A stretch of 64,000 nucleotides of DNA from an uncultured bacterium (lineage in GTDB: Bacteria; Patescibacteriota; Minisyncoccia; UBA6257; GWB1-50-10), in assembly GCA_903827975.1 (NCBI GenBank), contig CAIKKG010000001.1, forward strand, positions 26,175 through 90,174, given 5' to 3'. The position numbers and the translations under genes were made by a program. The notes under the pieces were generated by a model. It saw nothing but the letters and a program-made list of their open reading frames with translations. It was not told where the DNA came from and searched no databases. Below are positions 9,276-20,135 of the stretch, one piece after another (positions within the stretch are counted from its first letter, which is position 1; each line of letters opens with the position of its first letter).

Positions 9276-10355
9276 ATGATCCCATTAATTGTAATATTAG
9301 GTTTAATAATTCTTATTCTCGCTCATGAGTTCGGGCATTTTATAGCCGCAAAAATATTTGGCGTTAAAGTTGAAGAATTTGGTATTGGATATCCGCCACG
9401 CCTTTTTGGGAAGAAAATTGGAGAGACGACTTATAGTGTAAATCTTCTACCACTTGGTGGCTTTGTTCGCATTCATGGTGAGGACGAAAAAGAAGAGTGC
9501 ACTGAAAATGATAAATTAGATAAGGAATCAAATAGTAGGAGTTTCGCAAGTCAAAAAATTTGGAAGAGAACTATTATTTTAATAGCTGGGGTTACCATGA
9601 ATATGTTTGTTGGCTGGATTATTTTCTCTGGTATTTTTATGTTTGGAAGTCCAGAACATCTTGTAATAACTGAGGTTGCAAAGGAGTCACCTGCTTATGT
9701 TGCTGGATTAAAATCTAATGATTTTATAGTTGGTGCGCGACTTGGTGATGTCACACTTTCTGACCCGATTAAAGGTGATGATTTTATTAGTAATATAAAG
9801 AAAGTTGCGGGGCAGAAGGTTTCTATTGATGTTATACACGAGGGTAAGACATCAACAATCGAAATAACTTCTAGATTGAATCCTCCAGCAGGCCAGGGAT
9901 CTCTTGGTGTATCACTTGCAGATGCCGGTGTAAAAAGCGAACCATTTTTTAAAAGTATTAAAAGTGGATTTATTGCAACGGCCTCAATCTTTTGGCTTAC
10001 TTTAAACGGATTTTTCTCACTTATAATTGGAATATTCACATCACCGGGAACAGCTCTTAGCGGTGTCGCCGGCCCAGTTGGTGTTTTTGGAATCGCATCT
10101 GAAACTGGAAAGATGGGTTTGGTCTACCTATTTCAGTTGGTTGCCTTAATCTCAGTTAATCTTGCGGTAATAAATCTTATACCTTTCCCAGCGCTAGATG
10201 GCGGTAGAGTTCTCTTCTTACTTATTGAGAAATTTAAAGGCTCGCCAGTTTCAGCAAATACTCAGAGAGTTGTAAATATGGTCGGCTTTATAGCGCTTAT
10301 TATTTTAATGGTGTTCGTAACAATTCATGATGTCGGTAAAATTATAAGCAATTAA
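9276..10355 (+). CDS. rseP: RseP-like site-2 metalloprotease (M50) with PDZ domain
   Basis: HEFGH, NLLPLGGFV, NLIPFPALDGG. Confidence 0.93.
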   Translation: MIPLIVILGLIILILAHEFGHFIAAKIFGVKVEEFGIGYPPRLFGKKIGETTYSVNLLPLGGFVRIHGEDEKEECTENDKLDKESNSRSFASQKIWKRTIILIAGVTMNMFVGWIIFSGIFMFGSPEHLVITEVAKESPAYVAGLKSNDFIVGARLGDVTLSDPIKGDDFISNIKKVAGQKVSIDVIHEGKTSTIEITSRLNPPAGQGSLGVSLADAGVKSEPFFKSIKSGFIATASIFWLTLNGFFSLIIGIFTSPGTALSGVAGPVGVFGIASETGKMGLVYLFQLVALISVNLAVINLIPFPALDGGRVLFLLIEKFKGSPVSANTQRVVNMVGFIALIILMVFVTIHDVGKIISN

Positions 10356-10412
10356 ACTAATGGTCTGATAGAAGCTGTTAAAACTAAGTAAATAAATAAA
10401 AACCATAAAAGC

Positions 10413-12116
10413 ATGAGACAATCCAAATATTTTTTAAAAACAAGCAAGACATTTTCAGAAGAAGACAAAATAACCTCAGCCAGACTTTTAAAGCAGGCCG
10501 GATTTATTCAAGAGTCGGTTGCGGGCAGATACTACTTTTTACCAATAGGGCATAAGGTACAACAGAGAATAGTCAGTTTAATAAAAGATGAGATGGATTC
10601 TGTCGGCGCACAGGAGATGATTGTACCTACGCTACACCCACTCGAATTATGGAAGGAGACAAACAGAACAAGCACAACTGGGTTTGAGCTTATGAGAGTT
10701 AAGGATCGACGTGGTTCTGAATTTGCACTTGGTGGAACGGCAGAAGAGATGTTCGTTGATTTGGTTAGAAAGTATCAGATAAGTTATAAAGATCTTCCAT
10801 TTCAGCTTTATCAGTTTTCAAATAAATTTCGTGATGAGTTGCGCGCGCGCGGAGGATTATTACGCGTTAGAGAATTCATAATGAAGGACTCCTACTCATT
10901 TCATAGGGATGAGGAGGATTTCAAAAAAACATATGAGGAGATGAAAAGTACCTATAGTAGAATTTTTGAAAGGCTTGGTCTTAAAACTATCGCAGTTGAG
11001 GCTGATAATGGATATATAGGAGGTGAGTATAGCCATGAGTTTATTGTTGAGTCAGAAATTGGAGAGAGTAGATATTTCGTTTCTGATGATGGTGAATACG
11101 CAGCACATGAAGACGTGGCTAAATTCAAAAGAAGTCCAGCTAATCTTGGCGAAGAAGTTAAAGAATTGGAAATAATAGAACAACCAGAGTGGGTTCAGAC
11201 GATGGATGACAACCTAAAGCATTATGGTAAGCCAAAAAATAATTTTCTAAAAAACGTTGTTTATAAAAACAGCAATAACGGAGAAATTATTATTGCTGTA
11301 GTTACTGGGGATCTGGAGGTTAATAAGACTAAACTTGAAAATGTGTTGGGTGCCGTTGGGCAACTTGTTCCTGCTGAGGATGGAGATTTGTCCGCAATGG
11401 GAACGAAGAGTGGGTATGTGCATTGTTGGGGGCATAAAGGAGCAAGGTATATAGGAGATATAGTCTTGAAGGATTCTCGCAACCTAATAGGCGGGCAGAA
11501 AGAAGAGAAGACAGATTCAGTAAATGTTAATTATGGAAGAGATTTTACTTGTGAGATTTTGGGAGACATCTCAATGGCAAAACCAGGAGATCTTTCAGAA
11601 AATGGAAGTGAATTGAAGGAAGGTCGTGGAATAGAGGTTGGAAATACATTTCAGCTTGGATTCCATTACACAAAACTAATGAAGGGCGCATCATATCGCG
11701 ATGAGGACGGAGTAGAAAAGCCTTATTATATGGGTTGTTATGGCATTGGCATCGGACGAACAATGGCGGCTCTTGTTGAAAGATTTAATGATGAAAAGGG
11801 TATTATCTGGCCGAGGAGCGTTTCTCCATTTGACGCACACATCATTTTACTTGGTAATATAACACCTGATTTGAAAAATGCAGCAGAAGGGTTATATACT
11901 ACGCTTAGAAGTAATAAAGTTGATGTTCTTTTTGATGATAGAGATGGGCTGTCTGCTGGTGAGAAGTTTTCTGATGCTGACCTAATTGGAATTCCATTTA
12001 GAATTGTTATCAGCGCTAAGACACTTGCTGGTGGTAAGTTTGAGGTTAAGATAAGGGGTGAGAAAGAAGCCAATCTTGTTACTGAAGATGAGTTATTAGA
12101 GCTTATTAAAAAGTAG
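10413..12116 (+). CDS. proS: Proline--tRNA ligase
   Basis: FRDELRARGGLLRVREFIMKDSYSF, MGCYGIGIGR, C-terminal anticodon-binding domain. Confidence 0.97.
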   Translation: MRQSKYFLKTSKTFSEEDKITSARLLKQAGFIQESVAGRYYFLPIGHKVQQRIVSLIKDEMDSVGAQEMIVPTLHPLELWKETNRTSTTGFELMRVKDRRGSEFALGGTAEEMFVDLVRKYQISYKDLPFQLYQFSNKFRDELRARGGLLRVREFIMKDSYSFHRDEEDFKKTYEEMKSTYSRIFERLGLKTIAVEADNGYIGGEYSHEFIVESEIGESRYFVSDDGEYAAHEDVAKFKRSPANLGEEVKELEIIEQPEWVQTMDDNLKHYGKPKNNFLKNVVYKNSNNGEIIIAVVTGDLEVNKTKLENVLGAVGQLVPAEDGDLSAMGTKSGYVHCWGHKGARYIGDIVLKDSRNLIGGQKEEKTDSVNVNYGRDFTCEILGDISMAKPGDLSENGSELKEGRGIEVGNTFQLGFHYTKLMKGASYRDEDGVEKPYYMGCYGIGIGRTMAALVERFNDEKGIIWPRSVSPFDAHIILLGNITPDLKNAAEGLYTTLRSNKVDVLFDDRDGLSAGEKFSDADLIGIPFRIVISAKTLAGGKFEVKIRGEKEANLVTEDELLELIKK

Positions 12117-12122
12117 AGCAAT

Positions 12123-13145
12123 ATGATATTAAAGAAATACATTGGAATAGATTTAGGAACCGACACAACGCAGATTTATTTAAAAGGCGTTGGAGTTGTT
12201 GTTAATGAGCCAACAATTGTTGCTTTTAATAACAGGACGGATCGCGTTGTTGCAGTTGGTACAGAGGCAAAGAAAATGCTTTCTCGTACGCCATCACACA
12301 TCACAGCAAGTCGTCCAATTAGTAACGGAGTAATTGCGGACTTTGATATGGTAAAAGAGATGCTTCAGCATTTTCTTAAAAATGAGAAAATCCCATGGTC
12401 CTGGATGACACACACAATCGTAAGCGTTCCAACAAACCTAACAGAGGTTGAGCGAAAGTCCGTTGAAGATTTATTGAAGGAGAGTGGCGCAAACTCGGTT
12501 CATCTAATCGAACAACCGCTCGCTGCGGCATTTGGAAGCAGGTTGGATATTAATCTACCGTCTGCGTTTTTGGTTGTAGACATTGGCGCTGGTACAACTG
12601 ACATGGCAATTATTTCAATGAATGGCGTTGTTGTTTCAAAACGTCTTAAGATAGCTGGAGATTTTCTTAATAATGAAATAATTAAGGGTGTGCGTGATGA
12701 ACTAAGGTTGCACATCGGAGAGCCGACAGCAGAAGAAATAAAAATTGCAGTTGGGTCAGCAATTCCAACGGGGGAGAGACTAGAAATAGTTATTCGCGGA
12801 CGCGATGTCGGAAATGGACTACCTAGAGAAATCGCTATTCGTGATACGCAAGTACGAATGTGGCTTGTTCGTCCGCTGAAGTTAGTAATTGAAGCGCTAA
12901 AAGATTTGATCGAGTCAGCCCCACCCGAGCTCGTTGGAGATATTTATAAGAATGGAATGTATTTTTGTGGCGGTGGGAGTTTATTGCGTGGCATAGATCA
13001 GGTTGCTGAAAAGGAAATCGGAGTTAAGGTGCAAATAGTTGAGGATCCACTGGCTTGTGTTGCGCGCGGAACCGGCCTAATTTGCGAACATTTTGAAGAG
13101 CACAAACAGTTGCTTAATAATTTTTCGCGATTGAAGTTAAATTAA
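12123..13145 (+). CDS. mreB: MreB (paralog 2, in mreBCD-mrdA cluster)
   Basis: GIDLGTDTT, RPISNGVIADF, DIGAGTTD, GGGSLLRG. Confidence 0.95.
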   Translation: MILKKYIGIDLGTDTTQIYLKGVGVVVNEPTIVAFNNRTDRVVAVGTEAKKMLSRTPSHITASRPISNGVIADFDMVKEMLQHFLKNEKIPWSWMTHTIVSVPTNLTEVERKSVEDLLKESGANSVHLIEQPLAAAFGSRLDINLPSAFLVVDIGAGTTDMAIISMNGVVVSKRLKIAGDFLNNEIIKGVRDELRLHIGEPTAEEIKIAVGSAIPTGERLEIVIRGRDVGNGLPREIAIRDTQVRMWLVRPLKLVIEALKDLIESAPPELVGDIYKNGMYFCGGGSLLRGIDQVAEKEIGVKVQIVEDPLACVARGTGLICEHFEEHKQLLNNFSRLKLN

Positions 13146-13193
13146 ATTAACTTACGCTGATCTCCTGTGGTGCAAAACGCAGAATTGTAAACA

Positions 13194-13883
13194 ATGAAAA
13201 CACTACGAGGTTTTTTTAAAGCATTTATTCTCATTGCTTTTTTTGTAGCAATGTTTTTTTTCAGAAACAATATGACTGGCGCATTTTCAGGGGCGCGAGG
13301 TTTTTTTGTTAGTTTTTTTCATTCAGCAGACTACAGAACATTTGTAGATATGAGATTGGAGAATGCATCACTGAAAAAAGCAGTTGAGAGGCTTAGTGCT
13401 ATTGAGGCAAGCAAAAAGGCCGATTTATTAGAGGCGCGCATTTATTCGCAATACCCATTTAGTTACAAAAATATAATAGTGGTTGATAAGGGTAGCGCAG
13501 ATGGAGTGTCTATTGGAATGCCGGTTCTTGTTAAGGAAAACATACTTCTCGGAAAGGTTAAGAAGGTGGGAAAATTTCAAAGCGAGGTTATTACAATTTT
13601 TGACCCAGATTGGAAATCAAGTGTATCCATAGGTGATGGCAAGATAAAGGCTGTTTTTCATGGTGCAAATACACCCATTGCAGAACTAATTCCAAAAGAT
13701 GCTCTAATAAAGTCCGGAGATAACGTACAAAACATAACAAAAGAATTGCCACTAGGACTATCAATGGGCTTAATCAGTTCTACCTCAACCGATGAGAAAA
13801 AAGTATGGCAGATTGGTAACATAGAGACCGACTTTTCAATTGAAGATATAAGCTCGGTTTTTATAATGACCAATTTTAATTGA
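13194..13883 (+). CDS. mreC: Rod shape-determining protein MreC
   Basis: N-terminal TM, coiled coil, VDKGSADGVSIGMPV; follows mreB. Confidence 0.9.
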   Translation: MKTLRGFFKAFILIAFFVAMFFFRNNMTGAFSGARGFFVSFFHSADYRTFVDMRLENASLKKAVERLSAIEASKKADLLEARIYSQYPFSYKNIIVVDKGSADGVSIGMPVLVKENILLGKVKKVGKFQSEVITIFDPDWKSSVSIGDGKIKAVFHGANTPIAELIPKDALIKSGDNVQNITKELPLGLSMGLISSTSTDEKKVWQIGNIETDFSIEDISSVFIMTNFN

Positions 13884-13884
13884 T

Positions 13885-14346
13885 ATGATGAGCTCATTTA
13901 ATAGATTCTTTATATTATTCCTATTAGCAACCCTTGCAATTTTTATTCAGCGGGGCGGTTTTTTAAATATATATGGTATAGTGCCAAATCTTGTGATGGT
14001 CTTTTTTATTTCAAGAATTATTTCCGGAGAAGGATTCAGCATGATTGCAACAGTATTTCTTGCTGTTATCGCATCAGCATTTATTGTAGATCCATTTTGG
14101 ATTTCAGAATTTAGCATAATGGGGGCCATAATATTAATAGTTTTTGGTCTTAGAAAGAGATTTACTGGAAACGCTATTACAGATCTTTTTATAATGACAT
14201 TTTTAGCAGAACTACTTTTTTATGGGTCTATAAGATTACTCAACATAACATCATCATTCTCAGTAATTACGGTTGCATTTGAGTTTTTGTATACAATATT
14301 AGTCGGTGTGCCAATACTGGTATTAAGCAGGCGGTATTTTAAATAA
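13885..14346 (+). CDS. mreD: MreD-like membrane protein
   Basis: Hydrophobic 153 aa, GIVPNL motif, between mreC and PBP2. Confidence 0.7.
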   Translation: MMSSFNRFFILFLLATLAIFIQRGGFLNIYGIVPNLVMVFFISRIISGEGFSMIATVFLAVIASAFIVDPFWISEFSIMGAIILIVFGLRKRFTGNAITDLFIMTFLAELLFYGSIRLLNITSSFSVITVAFEFLYTILVGVPILVLSRRYFK

Positions 14347-16205
14347 TGAGGAATAATATACAGTTCGAGGATATTCTAAGTGACGGTGGGGTAGAGGAAA
14401 ATTTACGTGAGGTGCCAATACCTCGCTCTTCATTTTTTTCGCTAATATTAATTTCATGCATAATAATTTTTATTGCATTCGCACAACTACTAAATCTCAA
14501 TATCTATAAGGGTTCTCTGTATTCTGAGCGAGCACTTGATAATGTTAGCGACGCAAAGGTTAAAGTTGCCCCACGTGGAATTATTGAGGATAGATTAGGG
14601 AAGCCAATAGCTGAGAATGCGCCGTCATTTAACATATTTTTATATCCACGCTTATTATCTAAAGATATAACAGTAAGAGATGCGGAATTAAGAGAGCTTG
14701 GAACTATTATTAAAATTAATTACGAAGAGATTCTACAAAAACTAGCTGAGCGAGATTGGAGCCTTAGCGATAGGATATTACTAACCAATGATATTTCTCA
14801 GGAGGAGCTTGTGGCACTGAGCGCCAGGGATGACCTCGGTATTAAAATTGAGGAGGGATTTAAGCGCAGCACGTCTCCCGCATTTTCACAGATTGTTGGT
14901 TACACTGGACTTGTTGGTAAGGATGATCTTGATGTAAATAAAAAACTCTCGCTTGATGACCAGATAGGTAGGAGCGGTTTAGAATCATATTACGACCTGT
15001 TTATTAGGGGAGAGAATGGAAAGGACGTCACATTTAAAAGTGCAAGCGGCGAGATTAAGGGTGAGATGGTTGAGAAGGAATCCAAGGCCGGTAAAAATAT
15101 TCACACCTACATAGATAAGGAGTTTCAGGATTATTTTTATAATCGAATCGCAGACCAGTTGAAATCAATGGGCCGTGAGGTTGGACTTGGAATTGCTATA
15201 GACCCAAGAAATGGTGAGATACTTGCACTTGTTAATGTGCCTGGATTTGATGTAAATAAAATTGGATCCGCGATGATAGATTCTAGAAGGCCGCTTTTTA
15301 ACCGCGCAATTAGTGGCGTATATAGCCCTGGCTCAACAATAAAACCACTTGTTGCAATAGCGGCGTTAACAGAAAAAGTTATTGATCCAAAAAAGCAGAT
15401 TCTTTCGATTGGTTATATAGAACTTCCAAATCCATACAACCCAGATAAGCCAAGTAGATTTCTCGATTGGAAAGCGCAGGGATGGGTTGATGTTTATTCT
15501 GCCTTAGCCCGTTCGTGCGATGTTTATTTTTATGAGGTTGGTGGCGGGTTTAAGGATCAGAAAGGACTTGGTATTTATAAGTTAAAAGAATGGTGGGATA
15601 TATTTGGTCTTGCAAATAAAACAGGTATAGATCTTCCTGGTGAGAAGGTGGGATTTCTTCCAGATCCAGAATGGAAGCAGAAAAAAACAGGTCAGCCTTG
15701 GAGGATTGGTGATACATATAACGTTTCAATAGGTCAGGGGGATTTCATGATTACCCCAATTGAGCTAATTAATTACATAGCATCGGTTGCAAATGGTGGC
15801 GTGATTTATAAGCCGCGTATAGTTGAGTCAATAAGTGATTCAAAAGGTAAGGAGATTTTGCGAACATATCCAAGTATTAATACTGACATTACTGAAAAAA
15901 TAAAAGATGCCATTCCAGATGTTCAGCAGGGCATGAGGGATGTTGTAAGTAAGCCATATGGAACAGCTAGCTTATTGGGCAATCTTCCGTTTGAGGCCGC
16001 TGGTAAGACGGGAACTGCACAGATTGAGAACAATGCAAAAACAAATGCATTCTTTGTTGGATATGCGCCATACAAGGATCCAAAAATCGCAGTACTTGTT
16101 CTGATTGAGAATTCTCTTGAGGGCGGCTCAAACACCATTCCGGTAGCCAAGGACGTAATGCTATGGTACTATAATAACCGCTTAAAGGACGGGACAAAAA
16201 ACTAA
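14346..16205 (+). CDS. mrdA: Penicillin-binding protein 2 (class B transpeptidase)
   Basis: APRGIIEDR, PGSTIK (SxxK), SCDVYFY, GKTGTAQ. Confidence 0.93.
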   Translation: MRNNIQFEDILSDGGVEENLREVPIPRSSFFSLILISCIIIFIAFAQLLNLNIYKGSLYSERALDNVSDAKVKVAPRGIIEDRLGKPIAENAPSFNIFLYPRLLSKDITVRDAELRELGTIIKINYEEILQKLAERDWSLSDRILLTNDISQEELVALSARDDLGIKIEEGFKRSTSPAFSQIVGYTGLVGKDDLDVNKKLSLDDQIGRSGLESYYDLFIRGENGKDVTFKSASGEIKGEMVEKESKAGKNIHTYIDKEFQDYFYNRIADQLKSMGREVGLGIAIDPRNGEILALVNVPGFDVNKIGSAMIDSRRPLFNRAISGVYSPGSTIKPLVAIAALTEKVIDPKKQILSIGYIELPNPYNPDKPSRFLDWKAQGWVDVYSALARSCDVYFYEVGGGFKDQKGLGIYKLKEWWDIFGLANKTGIDLPGEKVGFLPDPEWKQKKTGQPWRIGDTYNVSIGQGDFMITPIELINYIASVANGGVIYKPRIVESISDSKGKEILRTYPSINTDITEKIKDAIPDVQQGMRDVVSKPYGTASLLGNLPFEAAGKTGTAQIENNAKTNAFFVGYAPYKDPKIAVLVLIENSLEGGSNTIPVAKDVMLWYYNNRLKDGTKN

Positions 16206-16206
16206 T

Positions 16207-16677
16207 ATGATGGCAACACAAAATAAAAATTATCTATCAAAAGAGCGCCGTGACGAGATTACAGCCGAGGTCGCTAAATTGAAGACAGCCGGCCGTAAGG
16301 ATGTGGCAGAGCGCTTAAAACAAGCAAAAGACCTAGGTGATTTGTCAGAAAACTCAGAATATCAGGAGGCTCGCGAGGAGCAATCCAGACTCGAAGTCCG
16401 CATTAATGAGCTCGAGGACATTCTTCGCACATCAGAAATTATAAAAAAAGAAGTCGGTGGAGTCTCAGTTCGTATTGGCTCCGTTGTAAAGGTGAAAAAG
16501 GGCTCAACAATTATCTCATATACAATTGTTGGCTCAAATGAAGCAAAACCACTAAACGGACTCGTTTCAAATGAATCACCGATTGGCCGCGCATTGCTCG
16601 GCAAGAAGGCGGGGGATGCTGTAAATGTTAGTGCTCCAAGCGGAATAATAAAGTATGAGATTATAGAAATCGGATAA
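16207..16677 (+). CDS. greA: Transcription elongation factor GreA
   Basis: GDLSENSEY, SNESPIGRALLG. Confidence 0.96.
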   Translation: MMATQNKNYLSKERRDEITAEVAKLKTAGRKDVAERLKQAKDLGDLSENSEYQEAREEQSRLEVRINELEDILRTSEIIKKEVGGVSVRIGSVVKVKKGSTIISYTIVGSNEAKPLNGLVSNESPIGRALLGKKAGDAVNVSAPSGIIKYEIIEIG

Positions 16678-16684
16678 TATTTAT

Positions 16685-18133
16685 ATGTTAGAAGAAATAT
16701 TAGAAGAACGCCGCAAAAAACTTGAGAAATATAAAGAGACGGCAGACCCGTATCCAGCGGAAGCGAGGCGCGATATGTCGCTCTCGGAACTTTCTGAGCA
16801 ATTTAATGAACTAGTTGAAAAAGGCGGCTCACTCGATATTGTCGGGCGTGTAAGTGCATGGCGGGACCAAGGAAAGATAATTTTTTTAGATATTAAAGAT
16901 GAGCTAGGAAAGTTTCAGATAGTACTAAGCGAAACAGAATGCGCTGATTTTGTGCGTGCGCAGGAAACAACCGATATCGGAGATTTCGTTGAGGCGTCCG
17001 GAATAGTTTTTAAAACAAAAAGGGGGGAACAAAGCCTACAAGCAAAGAATTTTAGAATCATATCTAAAAATTTACGACCACTGCCTTCAGAGTGGTATGG
17101 CATTGAGGACATAGAGCTAAAGTTGCGAAAGCGCTACCTTGACTTAGCATTAAATCCTGAGGTGCGCGAAATGTTTATTAAAAAAGATATTTTCTGGAAC
17201 ACCATCAGAGAGTTTTTGAAAAAGGAAAAGTTTCATGAAGTAGAAACATCAGTTCTAGAGGCCGTGCCTGGCGGCGCTGAGGCGGAGCCCTTCGTTACTC
17301 ATCACAATGCACTTGATCAGGATTTCTTTCTACGCATCTCATTGGAGTTGCCACTCAAAAGACTTCTAGTAGGTGGATTTGAAAAAGTATTTGAGATTGG
17401 TCGCATTTTTAGAAATGAGGGAATAGACAGAGAGCACCTACAGGACTACACACAGATGGAGTGCTATTGGGCATACGCAAATTACGAGGACATGATGAGG
17501 CTTACACGTGAAATGTATCAGCTCGTAATAAAGAATATGTTTGATTCTCTTGTAACTCATCGTGGCGATATGGATATAAACTGGGGAGGTGAGTGGCCAA
17601 AAGTTGATTACTATGAGGCATTCAATCGCGAGGCTGGAATAGATTTAACATCCGCAACTGTTGATGATTTGAAAAAGAAGGCAATAGAATTAGGCGTAAG
17701 ACTTGAACCAAATCTAGGAAGGGGACGCCTAATTGATCTTGTATATAAGAAAACTGTTAGACCTACTTTATTACAACCATGTTTCTTAGTTAATCCTCCG
17801 GCTGATATTGAGCCATTAGCAAAGCGTTTGGTAAATGATCATCACAGAGTCGCTAGGTTTCAAATAATAGCGGGTGGAACTGAGCTTGGAAAAGGATTCT
17901 CTGAGTTAAATGATCCAATTGATCAAAGAGAAAGATTCGAAGATCAAATGAAACTACGAGAGGCAGGTGATCAGGAGGCCCAGATGATTGATGAGGACTT
18001 TGTTGAGGCATTGGAATATGGTATGCCACCAGCAGCAGGATTCGGAATGTCAGAGCGCCTTTTCGCAGTTCTAATGGATAAACCAGTTAGAGAGACTGTG
18101 ATATTTCCACTCATGCGTCGAGAAGAAAAATAA
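16685..18133 (+). CDS. lysS: Lysine--tRNA ligase (class II)
   Basis: RKRYLDL, FEIGRIFRNEG, ALEYGMPP. Confidence 0.97.
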   Translation: MLEEILEERRKKLEKYKETADPYPAEARRDMSLSELSEQFNELVEKGGSLDIVGRVSAWRDQGKIIFLDIKDELGKFQIVLSETECADFVRAQETTDIGDFVEASGIVFKTKRGEQSLQAKNFRIISKNLRPLPSEWYGIEDIELKLRKRYLDLALNPEVREMFIKKDIFWNTIREFLKKEKFHEVETSVLEAVPGGAEAEPFVTHHNALDQDFFLRISLELPLKRLLVGGFEKVFEIGRIFRNEGIDREHLQDYTQMECYWAYANYEDMMRLTREMYQLVIKNMFDSLVTHRGDMDINWGGEWPKVDYYEAFNREAGIDLTSATVDDLKKKAIELGVRLEPNLGRGRLIDLVYKKTVRPTLLQPCFLVNPPADIEPLAKRLVNDHHRVARFQIIAGGTELGKGFSELNDPIDQRERFEDQMKLREAGDQEAQMIDEDFVEALEYGMPPAAGFGMSERLFAVLMDKPVRETVIFPLMRREEK

Positions 18134-18147
18134 AATAATTTTTAATT

Positions 18148-19404
18148 ATGATTGATATAACATTTATTAGAGAAAATTCAGAAAAGGTAAAGAAGGGAAT
18201 GGAGAGTAAGAGACAGGACCCTAAAATTATTGATAAATTTTTACGCCTCGATGAGGAGTGGCGCGCAAAAACATCCGCATATGACCAAATGAAGGCGGAG
18301 CAAAATACTCTAAGCAAAGAAATGTCAGCTGGGCAGAGCGAGAACTTATTAAGCAAGGCGCAGTTTCTTAAAAAGAGACTTTCTGAGATTGAGTCAGAGC
18401 AGGATGATTTAAAGAAAAGCCGCGAGGATTTATTATCTAGAATCCCAAACATACCCTTTGATGATGTGCCTGCTGGGCGCAATGAGGAAGAAAACAAAGT
18501 GCTCCGAGAGGTAGGGAAAAAACCAGAGTTTGATTTTACTCCAAAGGATTATCTTACAATTGGTGAGAAACTAGGCCTTATTGATGTAAAAAGAGCTTCT
18601 GAGGTTTCAGGAAGTAGGTTCGGATATATTTTGCGTGATGCAGCACTTTTAGAGTTTGCGTTAATTCAGCTCGCATTTGATACATTAACAAAGAAAGGAT
18701 TCATTCCAGCAGTTCCTCCAGTAATGATAAAGCCAAAGGTATATGAGGGAATGGGACGTCTCGCAGCGGATCAGAAAGAAGAGAGATACTATTTTGAAAA
18801 AGATGATGTTTATCTTGTTGGAAGCTCTGAGCACACAATGGGTCCTATACACATGAATGACGTGTTTGAGGAAGAGAACCTACCAAGAAGATATGTAGCG
18901 TTCTCAACATGCTTCAGGCGCGAGGCAGGCTCATACGGAAAGGATACTAAGGGCATCTTGCGTGTACACCAATTTGATAAAGTTGAAATGTTTTCTTTTG
19001 CGCATCCTGATAAGTCTGAGGAGGAACACAAATTTTTACTATCATGCCAGGAAGAACTTATGCAGAAGCTGGAGATTCCGTATAGAGTTGTTGAGATTTG
19101 TACTGGAGATATGGGGTGGACAGATGCACGCCAGTTTGATGTGGAGACGTGGTTCCCTGGTCAGGGTAGCTATCGCGAAACAAACTCATGTTCAAATACA
19201 ACAGATTTTCAGTCGCGTGGGATGAATATTAAATACAAGACTAAGGATGGTAAAAAAGCACTTGTTCACATGCTTAATGCAACCGGATTTGCTATAGGTA
19301 GGGTGCTAATAGGAATAATAGAAAACAACCAGACTAAAGAGGGTAATATAAGGGTCCCTAAGATATTGCAGGCATATGTTGGCAAGGAAGAGATAACAGG
19401 GTAA
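18148..19404 (+). CDS. serS: Serine--tRNA ligase
   Basis: FRREAGSYGKDTKGILRVHQFDKVE, SCSNTTDFQSR. Confidence 0.97.
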   Translation: MIDITFIRENSEKVKKGMESKRQDPKIIDKFLRLDEEWRAKTSAYDQMKAEQNTLSKEMSAGQSENLLSKAQFLKKRLSEIESEQDDLKKSREDLLSRIPNIPFDDVPAGRNEEENKVLREVGKKPEFDFTPKDYLTIGEKLGLIDVKRASEVSGSRFGYILRDAALLEFALIQLAFDTLTKKGFIPAVPPVMIKPKVYEGMGRLAADQKEERYYFEKDDVYLVGSSEHTMGPIHMNDVFEEENLPRRYVAFSTCFRREAGSYGKDTKGILRVHQFDKVEMFSFAHPDKSEEEHKFLLSCQEELMQKLEIPYRVVEICTGDMGWTDARQFDVETWFPGQGSYRETNSCSNTTDFQSRGMNIKYKTKDGKKALVHMLNATGFAIGRVLIGIIENNQTKEGNIRVPKILQAYVGKEEITG

Positions 19405-19414
19405 GGCAATAAGT

Positions 19415-19447
19415 AAAAGTCCGCCATTAGGCGGATTTTTGTTTTTT
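19415..19447 (+). terminator. Intrinsic terminator after serS
   Basis: GTCCGCC-ATTA-GGCGGAT followed by a T tract. Confidence 0.7.
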
Positions 19448-19470
19448 AATAGAAAAATTCTTGTGCTACA

Positions 19471-20130
19471 ATGAAAATAATGGAGTTTATAAAAAAAGTT
19501 CTCTGGGTAGTAATAACAATAGCAGTTATTTATTTCGGATATCTCGCGTATATAAATTGGTGGAATGCCGGCTCCTCACTTGATGCAAAAAAACAGGCAG
19601 CAGAGCAATATGTCGCACAAAAAAAAGATGAGGTTATAAAAACTGTTGGAGATAAAACAAATGAGTATACAGGCGTTGTTGTTCAGGAAGCAAAGAAGGG
19701 TGTGCTTGATTATGTGAAGGGTAAAATTTCAGATGGGTTAACAAGTGTTGGAGATGGGTTAATTAATTCCGCAGAGTCTCTTCTTGGTGCAAGCTCAACA
19801 GAACTTTTGCGCCCAGTTACTGTAAACTCGGTTTCGGGTAACGACGCAGGAAAACTCCCAATCCCCACAGGAGCGGGATTTTTAACACCAGCATCACCAG
19901 CAACAATAACAACTAAAATTGGAGCACAAATTATATTTTCAATAAATCGCGGGGCGACGTATTCTGTTGATTGGGGGGATGGAGTAAAAGATCAGGGAAG
20001 TGTAGAGACTGAGTCAGTAAAGCTTGTAAGTCATGCGTGGCAAAAAGAAGGCGACTTCAGCATTAAAATATTAGTTCGTGGTAGCGGTGTATCACAGGAT
20101 TATACATTTCCTATTCGCGTTTACCCATAA
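19471..20130 (+). CDS. Membrane-anchored protein with C-terminal PKD-like domain
   Basis: N-terminal TM; YSVDWGDG..SHAWQKEGDF PKD signature; true start may be ATG 19480. Confidence 0.7.
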   Translation: MKIMEFIKKVLWVVITIAVIYFGYLAYINWWNAGSSLDAKKQAAEQYVAQKKDEVIKTVGDKTNEYTGVVVQEAKKGVLDYVKGKISDGLTSVGDGLINSAESLLGASSTELLRPVTVNSVSGNDAGKLPIPTGAGFLTPASPATITTKIGAQIIFSINRGATYSVDWGDGVKDQGSVETESVKLVSHAWQKEGDFSIKILVRGSGVSQDYTFPIRVYP

Positions 20131-20135
20131 AAAAT

